Shown in pieces: positions 18,268 to 27,443 of a stretch of 64,000 nt of DNA (the stretch's first letter is position 1; each line of letters begins with the position of its first letter). The stretch covers positions 93,098-157,097 of the forward strand of contig MGVA01000043.1 in NCBI GenBank assembly GCA_001800245.1, in the 5' to 3' direction. Both the position numbers and the translations under genes were made by a program. The DNA comes from Elusimicrobia bacterium RIFOXYA12_FULL_51_18. GTDB lineage: Bacteria; Elusimicrobiota; Elusimicrobia; Elusimicrobiales; UBA9959. The notes below the pieces were generated by a model. It was not told the DNA's origin, ran no database searches, and saw nothing but the letters and a program-made list of their open reading frames with translations.

Positions 18268-18720
18268 ATGATAGACGCTATTATCGGGTTGATAAAGAGA
18301 GCTGTGGAAAAAGACGAAAAAAGCAGGAAGTTCACCGTGAACCTCGCCGATAGTTACCTGCGGCGGATAAGCCGTTTTCAGGACCAGCTGGTGCTTATGG
18401 GGATAGCCATGAATTTTTTAGCAGTCGGGTACCTTTTAGGAGCCCCTACGGATTATGTGTATGAATTACGGCCTCTTTTTGCCGCGTCCGTAGTGGTTTT
18501 TCTGGCTAATATGCTTCTGGCGAAGCTTTATTCAAATGAGCATTTAACCACCAAGCTGCTATTCGCCAGGTATCCCGAACTTGAGTTGATAATGGCGGGT
18601 GATAAGAGCTGGAGTAATTTCAGGGTCCTGTCCGGCGCGTACAAGCTGATCCAGGCCGGCTGGATGCTCTATTCCGCCGTACTGTCTGGATTTTTGATAA
18701 ATTATTATTTGAACCGATAA
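18268..18720 (+). CDS. hypothetical membrane protein
   Basis: 150-aa ORF with AAGGAG RBS and 3-4 hydrophobic helices. Confidence 0.5.
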   Translation: MIDAIIGLIKRAVEKDEKSRKFTVNLADSYLRRISRFQDQLVLMGIAMNFLAVGYLLGAPTDYVYELRPLFAASVVVFLANMLLAKLYSNEHLTTKLLFARYPELELIMAGDKSWSNFRVLSGAYKLIQAGWMLYSAVLSGFLINYYLNR

Positions 18721-18786
18721 GATATCGGTATAGCGCTAAAGCTTGTTATGCCGCGTCCCCAAAGCTGCCGGCTATCCGGCACTACA

Positions 18787-19539
18787 CTAGGGTTTGTTCG
18801 TTCCGAACGTTGTTGGATTCCAGTCGTCGCTGATAAGATAATCGAAAAGAGCGTCCGAGGTGGTGGTGCCGGTCCAGTGGGTTATCCTGGTCCCGGCGGG
18901 AAAGCTGTATTTATTCACCATGACGTTGCTGTGGCACGCGCTTACTACTATCTGTTTTAAATTCGATCCGGCCCTTTCCGCGAACACACCTGTGGGTACG
19001 GCATTTTCGCCGGCGTCGTAGATATACCCGTCTTTGCTGCCGTGACTTGACCAGATTATCGCCTTGGTTTTCTGGTCCTGCACCGTGGCTTTGATATCGG
19101 TTATCATGGCTACCGGGTTTATGACGACCCTGAACCCTTTATTGACAAGCCATTTTGCCACTTCGTAATACCGGGTCCACTCGTCTTTTGTCCAGTCATT
19201 ATCAAGATTGCCTATAAGGAACGCCACATCTCCATATTTATAGGCGTCGGAATAGGCGTCTTTGAGGACGCTTTCTATGATTATGGTGCTGCCCGAGCGG
19301 CTTACGTTTATGCTGGCTGGCGTCTTCCGGTTTAAAGAGGAAAGGTGGCCGAAGATATCCGAAATGGAAACGCCGATTTCCCCGTCCGCACGCTGCGGAG
19401 CTGGCGCCGCGGCGATCGGCCCGGATTGCGGCTCATACGCTGAAATGGAATAATATCCGATCCGGGAACGCAGGTCTTCCGGCGTTTGGGCAAAATTAAG
19501 TCCGGGTAAACACAATAAGAAAACGAATAGTCTTTTCAT
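18787..19539 (-). CDS. secreted hypothetical protein with clan-CD (caspase-like) His/Cys dyad pattern
   Basis: Start taken at 'MKRLFVFLLCLPGLNFA' (signal peptide); 'AIIWSSHGSKDG' and, about 40 residues later, 'QIVVSACHS'. Confidence 0.5.
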   Translation of the reverse strand: MKRLFVFLLCLPGLNFAQTPEDLRSRIGYYSISAYEPQSGPIAAAPAPQRADGEIGVSISDIFGHLSSLNRKTPASINVSRSGSTIIIESVLKDAYSDAYKYGDVAFLIGNLDNDWTKDEWTRYYEVAKWLVNKGFRVVINPVAMITDIKATVQDQKTKAIIWSSHGSKDGYIYDAGENAVPTGVFAERAGSNLKQIVVSACHSNVMVNKYSFPAGTRITHWTGTTTSDALFDYLISDDWNPTTFGTNKP

Positions 19540-19572
19540 GCGCCTCTCCAATATTTTTAGCGTCCCGTATAT

Positions 19573-19601
19573 AATATAACACGCGTGGGTTGACATGTCA
19601 A
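19573..19601 (-). promoter_or_regulatory. sigma70-type promoter for the 18787-19539 gene
   Basis: Minus strand reads TTGACA-17 nt-TATATT; the -35 lies within the palindrome TTGACATGTCAA (19590-19601). Confidence 0.45.
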
Positions 19602-19838
19602 TGGGCTTGAGTCCCACCCGGTCTCTTCAATTGGCCCCGGAGTTATTGGGTCCAAAGACCCAGGACGATTTTTTCTTGGTGCGAAGTCGTTCCACGAGGG
19701 GTTCAAAATGATGTTTAACCTGAAAAATTCAGTTGAATTTTTCCCTTCGCGGAGTTCAGGTGCGCTTCGTGCGGCATACACCCCGAAAACCTGGCGCGCA
19801 TTGCGCTTGGTTTTCGACCCGCTGCTGCGGGGAATCCC

Positions 19839-19955
19839 GGCCGTCTGATGCGCATAGCGCTGGGCCGCGTTGATGAGCATAGCTCTTGATGCGGCACGCC
19901 CATAGGTCAGTTACGGCATGACCATAGGTCTAATACGGCACCTACGCAGGTATTG
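19839..19955 (+). repeat. dispersed repeat core (copy B) ending in three tandem 22-nt units
   Basis: Units at 19887-19908, 19909-19930 and 19931-19952, each 'nnAT/TACGGCAYnnCCATAGGTC'-like. Confidence 0.75.
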
Positions 19956-20114
19956 CTTTTTTGTTCACAGGATCTTCCAATGGAAACCAAGTTGAACTGC
20001 AGGATTAGGGTTAAGGCATGGGCTTGCCAATGGACACAACATTTGATAAAAGTTAAGTAAGGTTCAAGGCAGCAATTTATAATTATCTATACATCATTGC
20101 ACGAGGGGATATTA

Positions 20115-20756
20115 ATGGACAGCAATAAAAAATCGCGTTTCATTCTGGGGATCGCCGGCGGCTCCGGTTCCGGCAAGACGACGCTCGCCAGAAAACTTAT
20201 CGAGGAATGCCGCAAAATAAACATAGACGGACAGCTGTTTTCTCTGGATAATTATTACCAGCCGCTGGACCATCTGCCTTTTGAAGAAAGAAAGGCCTAT
20301 AATTTCGACCATCCCGATGCCCTCGATTCCTCCCTGGCCGTCAGGCATTTGATGGAGCTTTGCGCCGGAAAAACGATCCAGCAGCCAGTTTATGACTTCA
20401 AGATCCATACGCGCGAAAAAGAAACCGTTCCGTGCAAGCCCACGCAGCTGATAGTGATCGAAGGGCTTTATACGCTTTACTTCCCGAAACTGCTGGCTTT
20501 GTGCGATTACAAAATATTCGTTTCCACGGGAATGGTCACAGCCGTGCTGCGCCGCGTTCAGCGCGACATTACGGAGAGAGGCCGCGATATAGAGGGGACA
20601 AAGCATCAGATACTCGCCACCGTGCTGCCTATGTACGAAACTTATGTCAAGCCTACCCAGCGGAACGCCCACTTTTCTATAAACTGGGAGGGAGAGGAAA
20701 TTCCCGGCAAAGCCACCGAAGGCCTTGTGAGGATGATGCGGGACCATTTCCGATAA
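20115..20756 (+). CDS. udk: uridine kinase
   Basis: P-loop 'GIAGGSGSGKTT'; GAGGGG RBS before the ATG at 20115; about 213 aa. Confidence 0.85.
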   Translation: MDSNKKSRFILGIAGGSGSGKTTLARKLIEECRKINIDGQLFSLDNYYQPLDHLPFEERKAYNFDHPDALDSSLAVRHLMELCAGKTIQQPVYDFKIHTREKETVPCKPTQLIVIEGLYTLYFPKLLALCDYKIFVSTGMVTAVLRRVQRDITERGRDIEGTKHQILATVLPMYETYVKPTQRNAHFSINWEGEEIPGKATEGLVRMMRDHFR

Positions 20757-20888
20757 CCCATAAATTGCCTTTGCAATCGTTCGCCTCAAGCGGATATTTA
20801 TGGTAAGTATCCGAGCTATAAAGGACGAAAATAATTTCGCGTTTTCCCGGCTCCGTTCCCTAACTTCTTATCCTTCAGCCCTGTATTT

Positions 20889-23432
20889 ATGCCCCAGCTG
20901 CCTATCCTCCAGTGCGCGGAACAAATACTGCGCGCGGCGGCGCTCAGCCGCCGGCTTATAATTTCCTCTCCGCCAGGTTCCGGCAAATCCACAAAAGTTC
21001 CGCAGTTGCTGCTTGACAGCGGCGCGCTGAAAGGCCGGATCGCCGTGCTGGAGCCCCGCCGCCTGGCCGCCAGGATGCTCGCCGGGCGTGTCGCCGCTGA
21101 GCGGGGAGGCGTAGCGGGAGGAGAAATCGGCTACCGCGTACGTTTTGAGGACAGGACCGGGCCAAAGACGCGGATAGTTTTCGAGACCGAGGGGATCATG
21201 CTGCGCGAACTGGTGTCTGATCCCGGTCTGCGCAACTATTCCGCCGTCATCCTGGACGAATTTCACGAGCGCCATATCTACGGCGACCTGACCCTGGCCG
21301 CTTGTCTGGCGCTTCAGCGCGGGCCACGGCCCGATCTGCTTGTGGCGGTAATGTCTGCCACTCTGGAGGAAAAGGCGCTTGCGGCCTACCTGGCGCCCTG
21401 CAAAACAGTTTCAGCCGACGGAAGGTCCTATCCGGTGCGGGTCGCCTACTGCGGCGACGCCCTTATGAAACTCCCGCCGTGGGAGGCTGCGGCAAAAACC
21501 TGCGCCGGCTTGCTGCCCGCCATAAAAGAGGGACACGCCCTGGTGTTCATGCCGGGGGTGTTTGAAATCCACAGGACCGCCGCCGCGTTGTGCGCTATCC
21601 CCGCCCTTTCGGAATTCGCCGTTATGCCGTTGCATGGCGAGCTTGGCCCGCGCGAACAGGACGCGGCGCTCGCGCCCTCGGCCCGGCGCAAAATAATAGT
21701 CACAACGAATATCGCCGAAACCTCCCTGACCATAGATGGGGTTACCGCGGTTATAGACAGCGGTCTGGCCAAAATAGCGCGCTTCGACGGCGCGCGCGGC
21801 ATTAACACCCTGTTTACGGAGAACATCTCCGCCGCCTCGGCCGAACAAAGAGCCGGCCGCGCCGGCAGGACCCGGCCCGGCATCTGCGCGCGTCTGTGGA
21901 CGGAAAGGGAAAATCAGGGCCGCACGCGGTCGCTGGCGCCGGAGATCCTCCGCCTGGATGTCAGCGAGGCTTTGCTCACGCTAAAGGCCTGCGGCTTTGT
22001 TAATTTTGACGCCCTGGATTGGCTCGATCTTCCGGACCAGCGGGAGGCGGAGCGGGCGGAGCGGTTGCTGCGCGAACTCGGCGCTACTGACGCGCAGGGC
22101 GCGCTGACCCCGGAAGGCCGGGCCATGGCGCAGTACCCGTTGCATCCGCGCTATTCCCGTATGCTGGTCGAAGCCGGGCGCCTTGGCTGCGTCTATGAGT
22201 GCGCCATCATAGCGGCCGCGGCCCAGGGGCGGGGCTTGTGGCTGGCGGAGAGGAAAATGGAGATATCGCGTGAGACGGACCTGGGCTCCGACCTGGCCGC
22301 GGTGATAGCTGTGCTGGAATCATGCGCCGCGGAAGACTTTGAGTCCTATGCCTGTCTGCGCGCGGGTCTTAAGCATGCGGTGGCCAGGGAAACATGGAGG
22401 ACCGCCAAACGTCTGGCGGCGCCGCGTCCGGGGGATCGGGCCGCAGGTGAATACCGCCGGAGCGGTTTTCCCTGCGGCAACGCGGCGCCCGGCGGGACTG
22501 CGGCGTTTGAGCTTGCGTCAAAATGTTTTCTGCGCGCTTTCCCCGACCGCGTGGCGGCTCTCATCTCCGCGCAAAGCGGACGCTACCGGCTGCCGGGCGG
22601 TAAGAGCGCGAAGCTGGATCCCAAGAGCGCGGCCGCGGGAGCCGGGCTGATATGCGCGGGGGAAGCGCTTGAAAGCCCGGGGCGCAAGGGCGCGGATATA
22701 ACCCTTTCGTTCGCCGCAGGCATCCGGGAAGAGTGGCTTAAGGAGGCTTTTCCCGGAGACGTTAAAATCATTGCCCGGCCGGCGCTGGATAAAGATATGC
22801 GCAGCCCGGTCACAGAAACACTGACATTGTACCGCGATATCGTTATCCATAGTGAAATATCTTCGGCGGCGCCGGGTAAATCTTCCTCCGATCTTATAGC
22901 CGGGGAATTCATCAGCGGCCGGCAGAAATTTACCGCCTGGAACGAAGAGGTGGAGGAGTGGCTGGCGCGCGTGGATTTTCTGGCAAAAGCCTGCCCCGAT
23001 CTGGGACTTGAGCCGCTGAGCGAAGAGGATATTAAGCTGGTTATGGCCGATATCTGCACCGGGGCTAAAAGCGTGGCCTGGGCCAAGGCCCGGCCGGTGC
23101 TGCCGGCTTTACAGGACTGGTTCGGCTGGGAGAAGAACCGCAGAATAGAACAGTATGCCCCTACAAGACTTGCAATGCCTGGGGGGCGCAAAGCCAGGAT
23201 AAACTATCCCCGCGGTCGGGAACCTTATCTTGAAGCAAAGATACAGGATCTGTTCTCACTTGCGGAGACGCCTCGCATCGCCGCCGGGCGCGTGCCGTTG
23301 GTTGTTCATATACTGGCGCCCTCCATGCGGCCTGTGCAGGTTACAAAAGACCTTAAAAATTTCTGGGCTGAGATCTATCCCAAATTGAAACCCCAGCTTG
23401 CCCGCCGCTATCCAAAGCACAAGTGGCCCTAA
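20889..23432 (+). CDS. hrpB: ATP-dependent RNA helicase HrpB
   Basis: 847 aa; motif I 'SPPGSGKST', motif II 'DEFHER', 'TNIAETSLTIDG', 'QRAGRAGR', HrpB-type C-terminal domain. Confidence 0.9.
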   Translation: MPQLPILQCAEQILRAAALSRRLIISSPPGSGKSTKVPQLLLDSGALKGRIAVLEPRRLAARMLAGRVAAERGGVAGGEIGYRVRFEDRTGPKTRIVFETEGIMLRELVSDPGLRNYSAVILDEFHERHIYGDLTLAACLALQRGPRPDLLVAVMSATLEEKALAAYLAPCKTVSADGRSYPVRVAYCGDALMKLPPWEAAAKTCAGLLPAIKEGHALVFMPGVFEIHRTAAALCAIPALSEFAVMPLHGELGPREQDAALAPSARRKIIVTTNIAETSLTIDGVTAVIDSGLAKIARFDGARGINTLFTENISAASAEQRAGRAGRTRPGICARLWTERENQGRTRSLAPEILRLDVSEALLTLKACGFVNFDALDWLDLPDQREAERAERLLRELGATDAQGALTPEGRAMAQYPLHPRYSRMLVEAGRLGCVYECAIIAAAAQGRGLWLAERKMEISRETDLGSDLAAVIAVLESCAAEDFESYACLRAGLKHAVARETWRTAKRLAAPRPGDRAAGEYRRSGFPCGNAAPGGTAAFELASKCFLRAFPDRVAALISAQSGRYRLPGGKSAKLDPKSAAAGAGLICAGEALESPGRKGADITLSFAAGIREEWLKEAFPGDVKIIARPALDKDMRSPVTETLTLYRDIVIHSEISSAAPGKSSSDLIAGEFISGRQKFTAWNEEVEEWLARVDFLAKACPDLGLEPLSEEDIKLVMADICTGAKSVAWAKARPVLPALQDWFGWEKNRRIEQYAPTRLAMPGGRKARINYPRGREPYLEAKIQDLFSLAETPRIAAGRVPLVVHILAPSMRPVQVTKDLKNFWAEIYPKLKPQLARRYPKHKWP

Positions 23433-23530
23433 ACAAAAAAATAGCCCGCTTAAAGCGGACGATTTTTCAGGTGGCCGCCGGACAACCAGGCGTTAATTGC
23501 TGAACGCCTGACAATCTGATTCCCTTCGGT

Positions 23531-24310
23531 CTATTCCCCTCTGAAATTCGGTTTTCTCTTTTCAAAGAAAGCTTTGATGCCTTCCTCGTAGTCGTGGCTG
23601 TTGTAAACCTTCCGCCGCAATCCCTGGATGCGTTCGAAGGCGTCGGCCGTGAGCGGGTGGGCTTCCGACAACAGCCGGAACTGCTCTTTTATGACCGCGA
23701 CGGCCAAAGGCGAATTGGCGGCTATGGTCCCGGCCAGCGCCAGCGTGAACTGCTCTATTTCCCTGGAGGAGACCAGGTGGTTCAGGATGCCGAAATGGTA
23801 GGCCCGCTCGGCTTTGACCGGTTCCGCAGTGAAGAACATTTCTTTGGCGATACTTAGCCCCACACGGTTGATGAAATGCACGATCCCGGCGGCGTTGTAA
23901 GGCAGGCCTATTTTGACCGGGGTGATGGCGAAGGTTGAGGTTTCGTCTCCTATGGCCAGATCGCAGGTGACGATGATGTCGGAGGCGCCGCCCCATACCC
24001 CGCCCTGCACCATGGCGATGACCGCGCCCGGATATTCCTGGATGGAGCGCAGGACGCGCTCCATGGGGCTGTCATAGGCCAGGGGCTCATGCGAGACCTG
24101 CGGCAGCTGCCTGATATCGTGCCCCGCCGACCAGACTTTAACGTCCCGCTGCGCCCGGATGATCACCGCCGGCACCTTCCGGCTTTTGAAATCATCCAGC
24201 GCTTCGCGAAGTTCGTCGCAAAGTTCCAGGCTGAGGGCATTGCGCCTTTCGGGATTGTTTAAAGTGAGTATCCCCACCTTATCTTTCAGTTCGCTCAATA
24301 TAAGCGCCAT
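23531..24310 (-). CDS. scpB: crotonase-family enzyme, methylmalonyl-CoA decarboxylase-like
   Basis: 259 aa; aligns by eye along its length with my recollection of E. coli YgfG/ScpB ('VWSAGHDI', 'VQGGVWGGA', 'LAVAVIKEQ', 'FFEKRKPNF'). Subfamily call is from memory. Confidence 0.7.
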   Translation of the reverse strand: MALILSELKDKVGILTLNNPERRNALSLELCDELREALDDFKSRKVPAVIIRAQRDVKVWSAGHDIRQLPQVSHEPLAYDSPMERVLRSIQEYPGAVIAMVQGGVWGGASDIIVTCDLAIGDETSTFAITPVKIGLPYNAAGIVHFINRVGLSIAKEMFFTAEPVKAERAYHFGILNHLVSSREIEQFTLALAGTIAANSPLAVAVIKEQFRLLSEAHPLTADAFERIQGLRRKVYNSHDYEEGIKAFFEKRKPNFRGE

Positions 24311-24488
24311 AAAATCTCCTTAAATCGGATAGCTGGAAAGTATCACCGTGTGTCTTCAGCCCGCATAACCGACCATTGATACTGTTCCTACGCAGGTATT
24401 GTATAATTTTAACAGTATCGTATTAAAAAACTGTTAAATAATTAAAAATTTCCGATATATAGCGTGGGGTGCGACAGGTGGGGGAACC

Positions 24489-25832
24489 ATGCCGGTCTCT
24501 ATTATCAAGTTTGTAAACCTTAACACTAACCCCGTGAGATTCAAGATTTTCATCAGCCTTCTTTTCGCGTTTGCCGCCGGTTCTTTTGAACCGAAAGCCG
24601 CTTACTCAGGAGAGAATGAGGCCCCGGCGGTTACCCCCGCCGATAAAGAGAAACTACTGCATACGGCCGAACAGCTGGCCGCTCAGATAGGCGAGGATCC
24701 GCAGGTCAAGGATCTTTTCGACAGGTCTTTCTTTAAACAGCTCTCCCGTGAAAAATTAGAAGATCTCCTGCGTCAGAGCTACCGGACTAACGGCAAGGTC
24801 TCGGCGGTGAAGCTGGCTTACGCGGATTCCTCTTGCTCCGCCCGGTTCACTTTCGAGACCGAAAAAGATTTAGTGCTGCCGGCAGCTTTCACGGTCAACA
24901 GAGAGACGGGGCGGATTACGGCCCTGTTCTTTCAATCCGCATACCCTAAGAACTTGTCTCTGGAGGCGGTTAGGAGGCGGTTAGCGGCCCTGCCCGGCCG
25001 GACCGGCTTCCTTGCGATCAAGTTGAACGCTCCCAGACGCACGCTTGAGGCGCTTAACGAAGACGCCTATTTCGCCATCGGTTCCGCTTCCAAGCTTTAC
25101 CTGCTGGGGACCGTGGTGGAAGAAGGCTTCTCCTGGAAAAAAATATTCACCCTGAGGGAAGAGTCAAAGTCTCTGCCAACCGGCCGTCTGCGGAACTGGC
25201 CTGACGGTTCGTCCATGACCTTGCATACCCTGGCGGCGGCCATGATTTCCGAGAGCGACAACACGGCCTCCGACATACTGGCGGACGGCCTGGGGCGTGA
25301 AACTATTGAAGGCGCATTGCCCGCGCTGGGGCATTCCAACCCCGAACTTTTGAAGCCTTTCCTGAAGACTGCCGAGATGTTCCGCCTCAAAAGCGATACG
25401 GAGGAAAGCGTTAAATATCTGAACGCCCCATTGAATGAAAAATATAGAATGCTCTACGCTCTGGCGCGCAGGCCGCTTAATGCGGCCGAGCTCAAGCCCG
25501 CGCCGTTCGGAGTGGATAAGATAGAATGGCCGGCATCGCCCGCGGACCTTTGCCGACTGATGGAGTATTTTTACAGGAAAGGGGATAAAACCGCCAGGGC
25601 TATTATGGCCATCGAACCCGGTTTGGATATCCCGAGAAATAAGTTCCTTTACGCCGGCTACAAGGGCGGCGCCGAGGCGGGTGTTCTGAACATGACCTGG
25701 CTTCTGAAGACTTCCGGCGCGGACTGGTACTGCCTAACAGGTTCCTGGAACAACGACAGCGATAAGGAGAACCTGGCGGAAAATAAATTTTTTGAGCTGA
25801 TGCGGACGGCTATCAATGTGATCGGGCAATAA
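24489..25832 (+). CDS. class-A-beta-lactamase-like serine hydrolase with extra N-terminal domain
   Basis: 'GSASK' (SxxK), 'SESDN' (SDN), 'YKGGAEAG' (KTG-like) in canonical order; signal/anchor at the N-terminus. Confidence 0.6.
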   Translation: MPVSIIKFVNLNTNPVRFKIFISLLFAFAAGSFEPKAAYSGENEAPAVTPADKEKLLHTAEQLAAQIGEDPQVKDLFDRSFFKQLSREKLEDLLRQSYRTNGKVSAVKLAYADSSCSARFTFETEKDLVLPAAFTVNRETGRITALFFQSAYPKNLSLEAVRRRLAALPGRTGFLAIKLNAPRRTLEALNEDAYFAIGSASKLYLLGTVVEEGFSWKKIFTLREESKSLPTGRLRNWPDGSSMTLHTLAAAMISESDNTASDILADGLGRETIEGALPALGHSNPELLKPFLKTAEMFRLKSDTEESVKYLNAPLNEKYRMLYALARRPLNAAELKPAPFGVDKIEWPASPADLCRLMEYFYRKGDKTARAIMAIEPGLDIPRNKFLYAGYKGGAEAGVLNMTWLLKTSGADWYCLTGSWNNDSDKENLAENKFFELMRTAINVIGQ

Positions 25833-25961
25833 AGGCGGCGGGTCACCGCATAGCGATGGCGATGCCCGGAGTAAGCCATTTCAGGCATTGACCGTCATAT
25901 TGTTATAATAGTGAATTACCAATGAGCTTTGTGAAAAACAGCATATTTAAAGGAACGAACT

Positions 25962-27443
25962 ATGCCGGCTAAAAAAGCGGAACTTCAGGCGCCTGAGACG
26001 GCGGCGATATCGGAAGATAATCTTAAGGCTTTATTTAAAAAGACTTTCAGCGAGGAGATCGCGGACTTTACACCGCTCAAGGGCGACGCTTCCGCCCGGC
26101 GGCTGTTCAGGATAAAAAGCGCCGGGCGTTCCGTTATCGGCGCCGTGGGGCCGGATAGGCTGGAAAATACGGCCTTTGTGGAGTTCTCAAGGCATTTTAA
26201 GAAGGAAGGGCTGCCGGTGCCGGCGATCTACTCCGCGGACCTTTCAAAGAACATCTATCTGGAAGAGGACCTGGGCGACATGACCCTGTTCCAGTTCATG
26301 CTCAAGGAGCGCACCGGCCCCGATATCCCGGAATCCGTGCTGGCGGCCTATAAAAAGACCATCGACTGGCTGCCCGCTTTCCAGATGAGAGCCGGCAAGA
26401 CCCTGGATTATAAGTACTGCCATCCCCGCGACAGTTTCGATCGGCAGTCTATAATGTGGGACCTGAACTATTTCAAGTATTATTTTCTGCGCCTCTCTAA
26501 GATCCCGTTCAGCGAGCAGAAGCTGGAGGACGATTTCAACGCCCTTACCGCCTTTCTGCTGGAAGCCGACACCTCTTATTTCATTTACCGGGATTTTCAG
26601 TCCAGAAATATCATGCTCCGCGATGGTGAGCCCTCTTTTATAGATTACCAGGGAGGTCGTAAAGGGGCCTTACAGTATGACGTCGCCTCCCTGCTTTATG
26701 ACGCGAAAGCAGACTTGCCGCCGGAGACGCGGCGCGAGCTGCTGGCGCATTACCTGAAGGGCGCGGGCGCATCCGGCGTGGATAAAGCCGTTTTTATGAA
26801 GTATTTCCACGCTTACGTTTATATAAGGATAATGCAGGCGCTGGGCGCCTACGGCTTGCGCGGCTTCTATGAGGGCAAGGCGCATTTCCTTCAGAGCGTG
26901 CCTTACGCCGTCAGGAACATCGAATGGCTGCTCAGGCGGGGCGACGTGCCGGTGAAGATGCCGGAACTGACCAGGATATTTAAAAGCATGGCCGCGTCCT
27001 CTTATCTGCGTCAGTTCGGTTCCACCAAACTGGGGCTGACGGCGCGCTTGACAAGTTTTTCCTACCGCAACGGCCTACCGTCCGACGATAAAGGCCACGG
27101 CGGCGGTTTTATTTTCGACTGCCGCTTTCTCCCCAATCCCGGCCGGGAGGAAAAGTATGCCCCCTTGACCGGCAGGGACGCCGAAGTTATTTCATATCTG
27201 GCCGCCGCGCCGCAGGTCGGAGCGTTTTTGGAGAACGTGTTCAGCATCGTGGATCCGGCGGTGGAGAATTATATGTCGCGGAACTTTACGGACCTGATGA
27301 TTTCGTTCGGCTGCACCGGCGGCAGGCACCGCTCGGTTTACTGCGCCGAGCAGCTTAAAAAACATCTCGCTGAAAAATACAAAATGAGAGTGGAGCTCCA
27401 GCACCGGGAGCTTGAACCCCTCGCCAAAGAAACCCGCTTATGA
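25962..27443 (+). CDS. fusion protein: AmgK-like (APH-fold) sugar kinase + RapZ C-terminal domain
   Basis: N-terminal 'FIYRDFQSRNIML...FIDYQGG...YDVASLLYDA'; C-terminal 'FIFDCRFLPNPGRE...GCTGGRHRSVYCAEQL' matches the RapZ C-terminal domain. Confidence 0.7.
   Translation: MPAKKAELQAPETAAISEDNLKALFKKTFSEEIADFTPLKGDASARRLFRIKSAGRSVIGAVGPDRLENTAFVEFSRHFKKEGLPVPAIYSADLSKNIYLEEDLGDMTLFQFMLKERTGPDIPESVLAAYKKTIDWLPAFQMRAGKTLDYKYCHPRDSFDRQSIMWDLNYFKYYFLRLSKIPFSEQKLEDDFNALTAFLLEADTSYFIYRDFQSRNIMLRDGEPSFIDYQGGRKGALQYDVASLLYDAKADLPPETRRELLAHYLKGAGASGVDKAVFMKYFHAYVYIRIMQALGAYGLRGFYEGKAHFLQSVPYAVRNIEWLLRRGDVPVKMPELTRIFKSMAASSYLRQFGSTKLGLTARLTSFSYRNGLPSDDKGHGGGFIFDCRFLPNPGREEKYAPLTGRDAEVISYLAAAPQVGAFLENVFSIVDPAVENYMSRNFTDLMISFGCTGGRHRSVYCAEQLKKHLAEKYKMRVELQHRELEPLAKETRL

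Noticed and set aside
19611-19721. 36-codon ORF (MGLSPTRSLQLAPELLGPKTQDDFFLVRSRSTRGSK) followed by a hairpin, as a possible micro-protein
   Set aside because: It has no Shine-Dalgarno sequence. It overlaps the minus-strand promoter region and a hairpin, and its composition is not peptide-like.
19800-19830. tmRNA 5' end ('TTGGTTTTCGACCCG' resembles 'GGAUUCGACGGG') and a '...GCACCA' 3'-like end on the minus strand at 19687-19720
   Set aside because: There is no GGGG 5' acceptor strand and no tag reading frame. No T-arm plus CCA arrangement is consistent on one strand. The sequence belongs to the dispersed repeat.
19887-19952. CRISPR-like or sigma-54 promoter interpretation of the 22-nt tandem units ('GGCAC...TTGC')
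   Set aside because: The units are contiguous with no spacers and too short for CRISPR, and no cas genes are present. The GG-to-GC distance is 18 nt, not the 12 nt required for a -24/-12 promoter.
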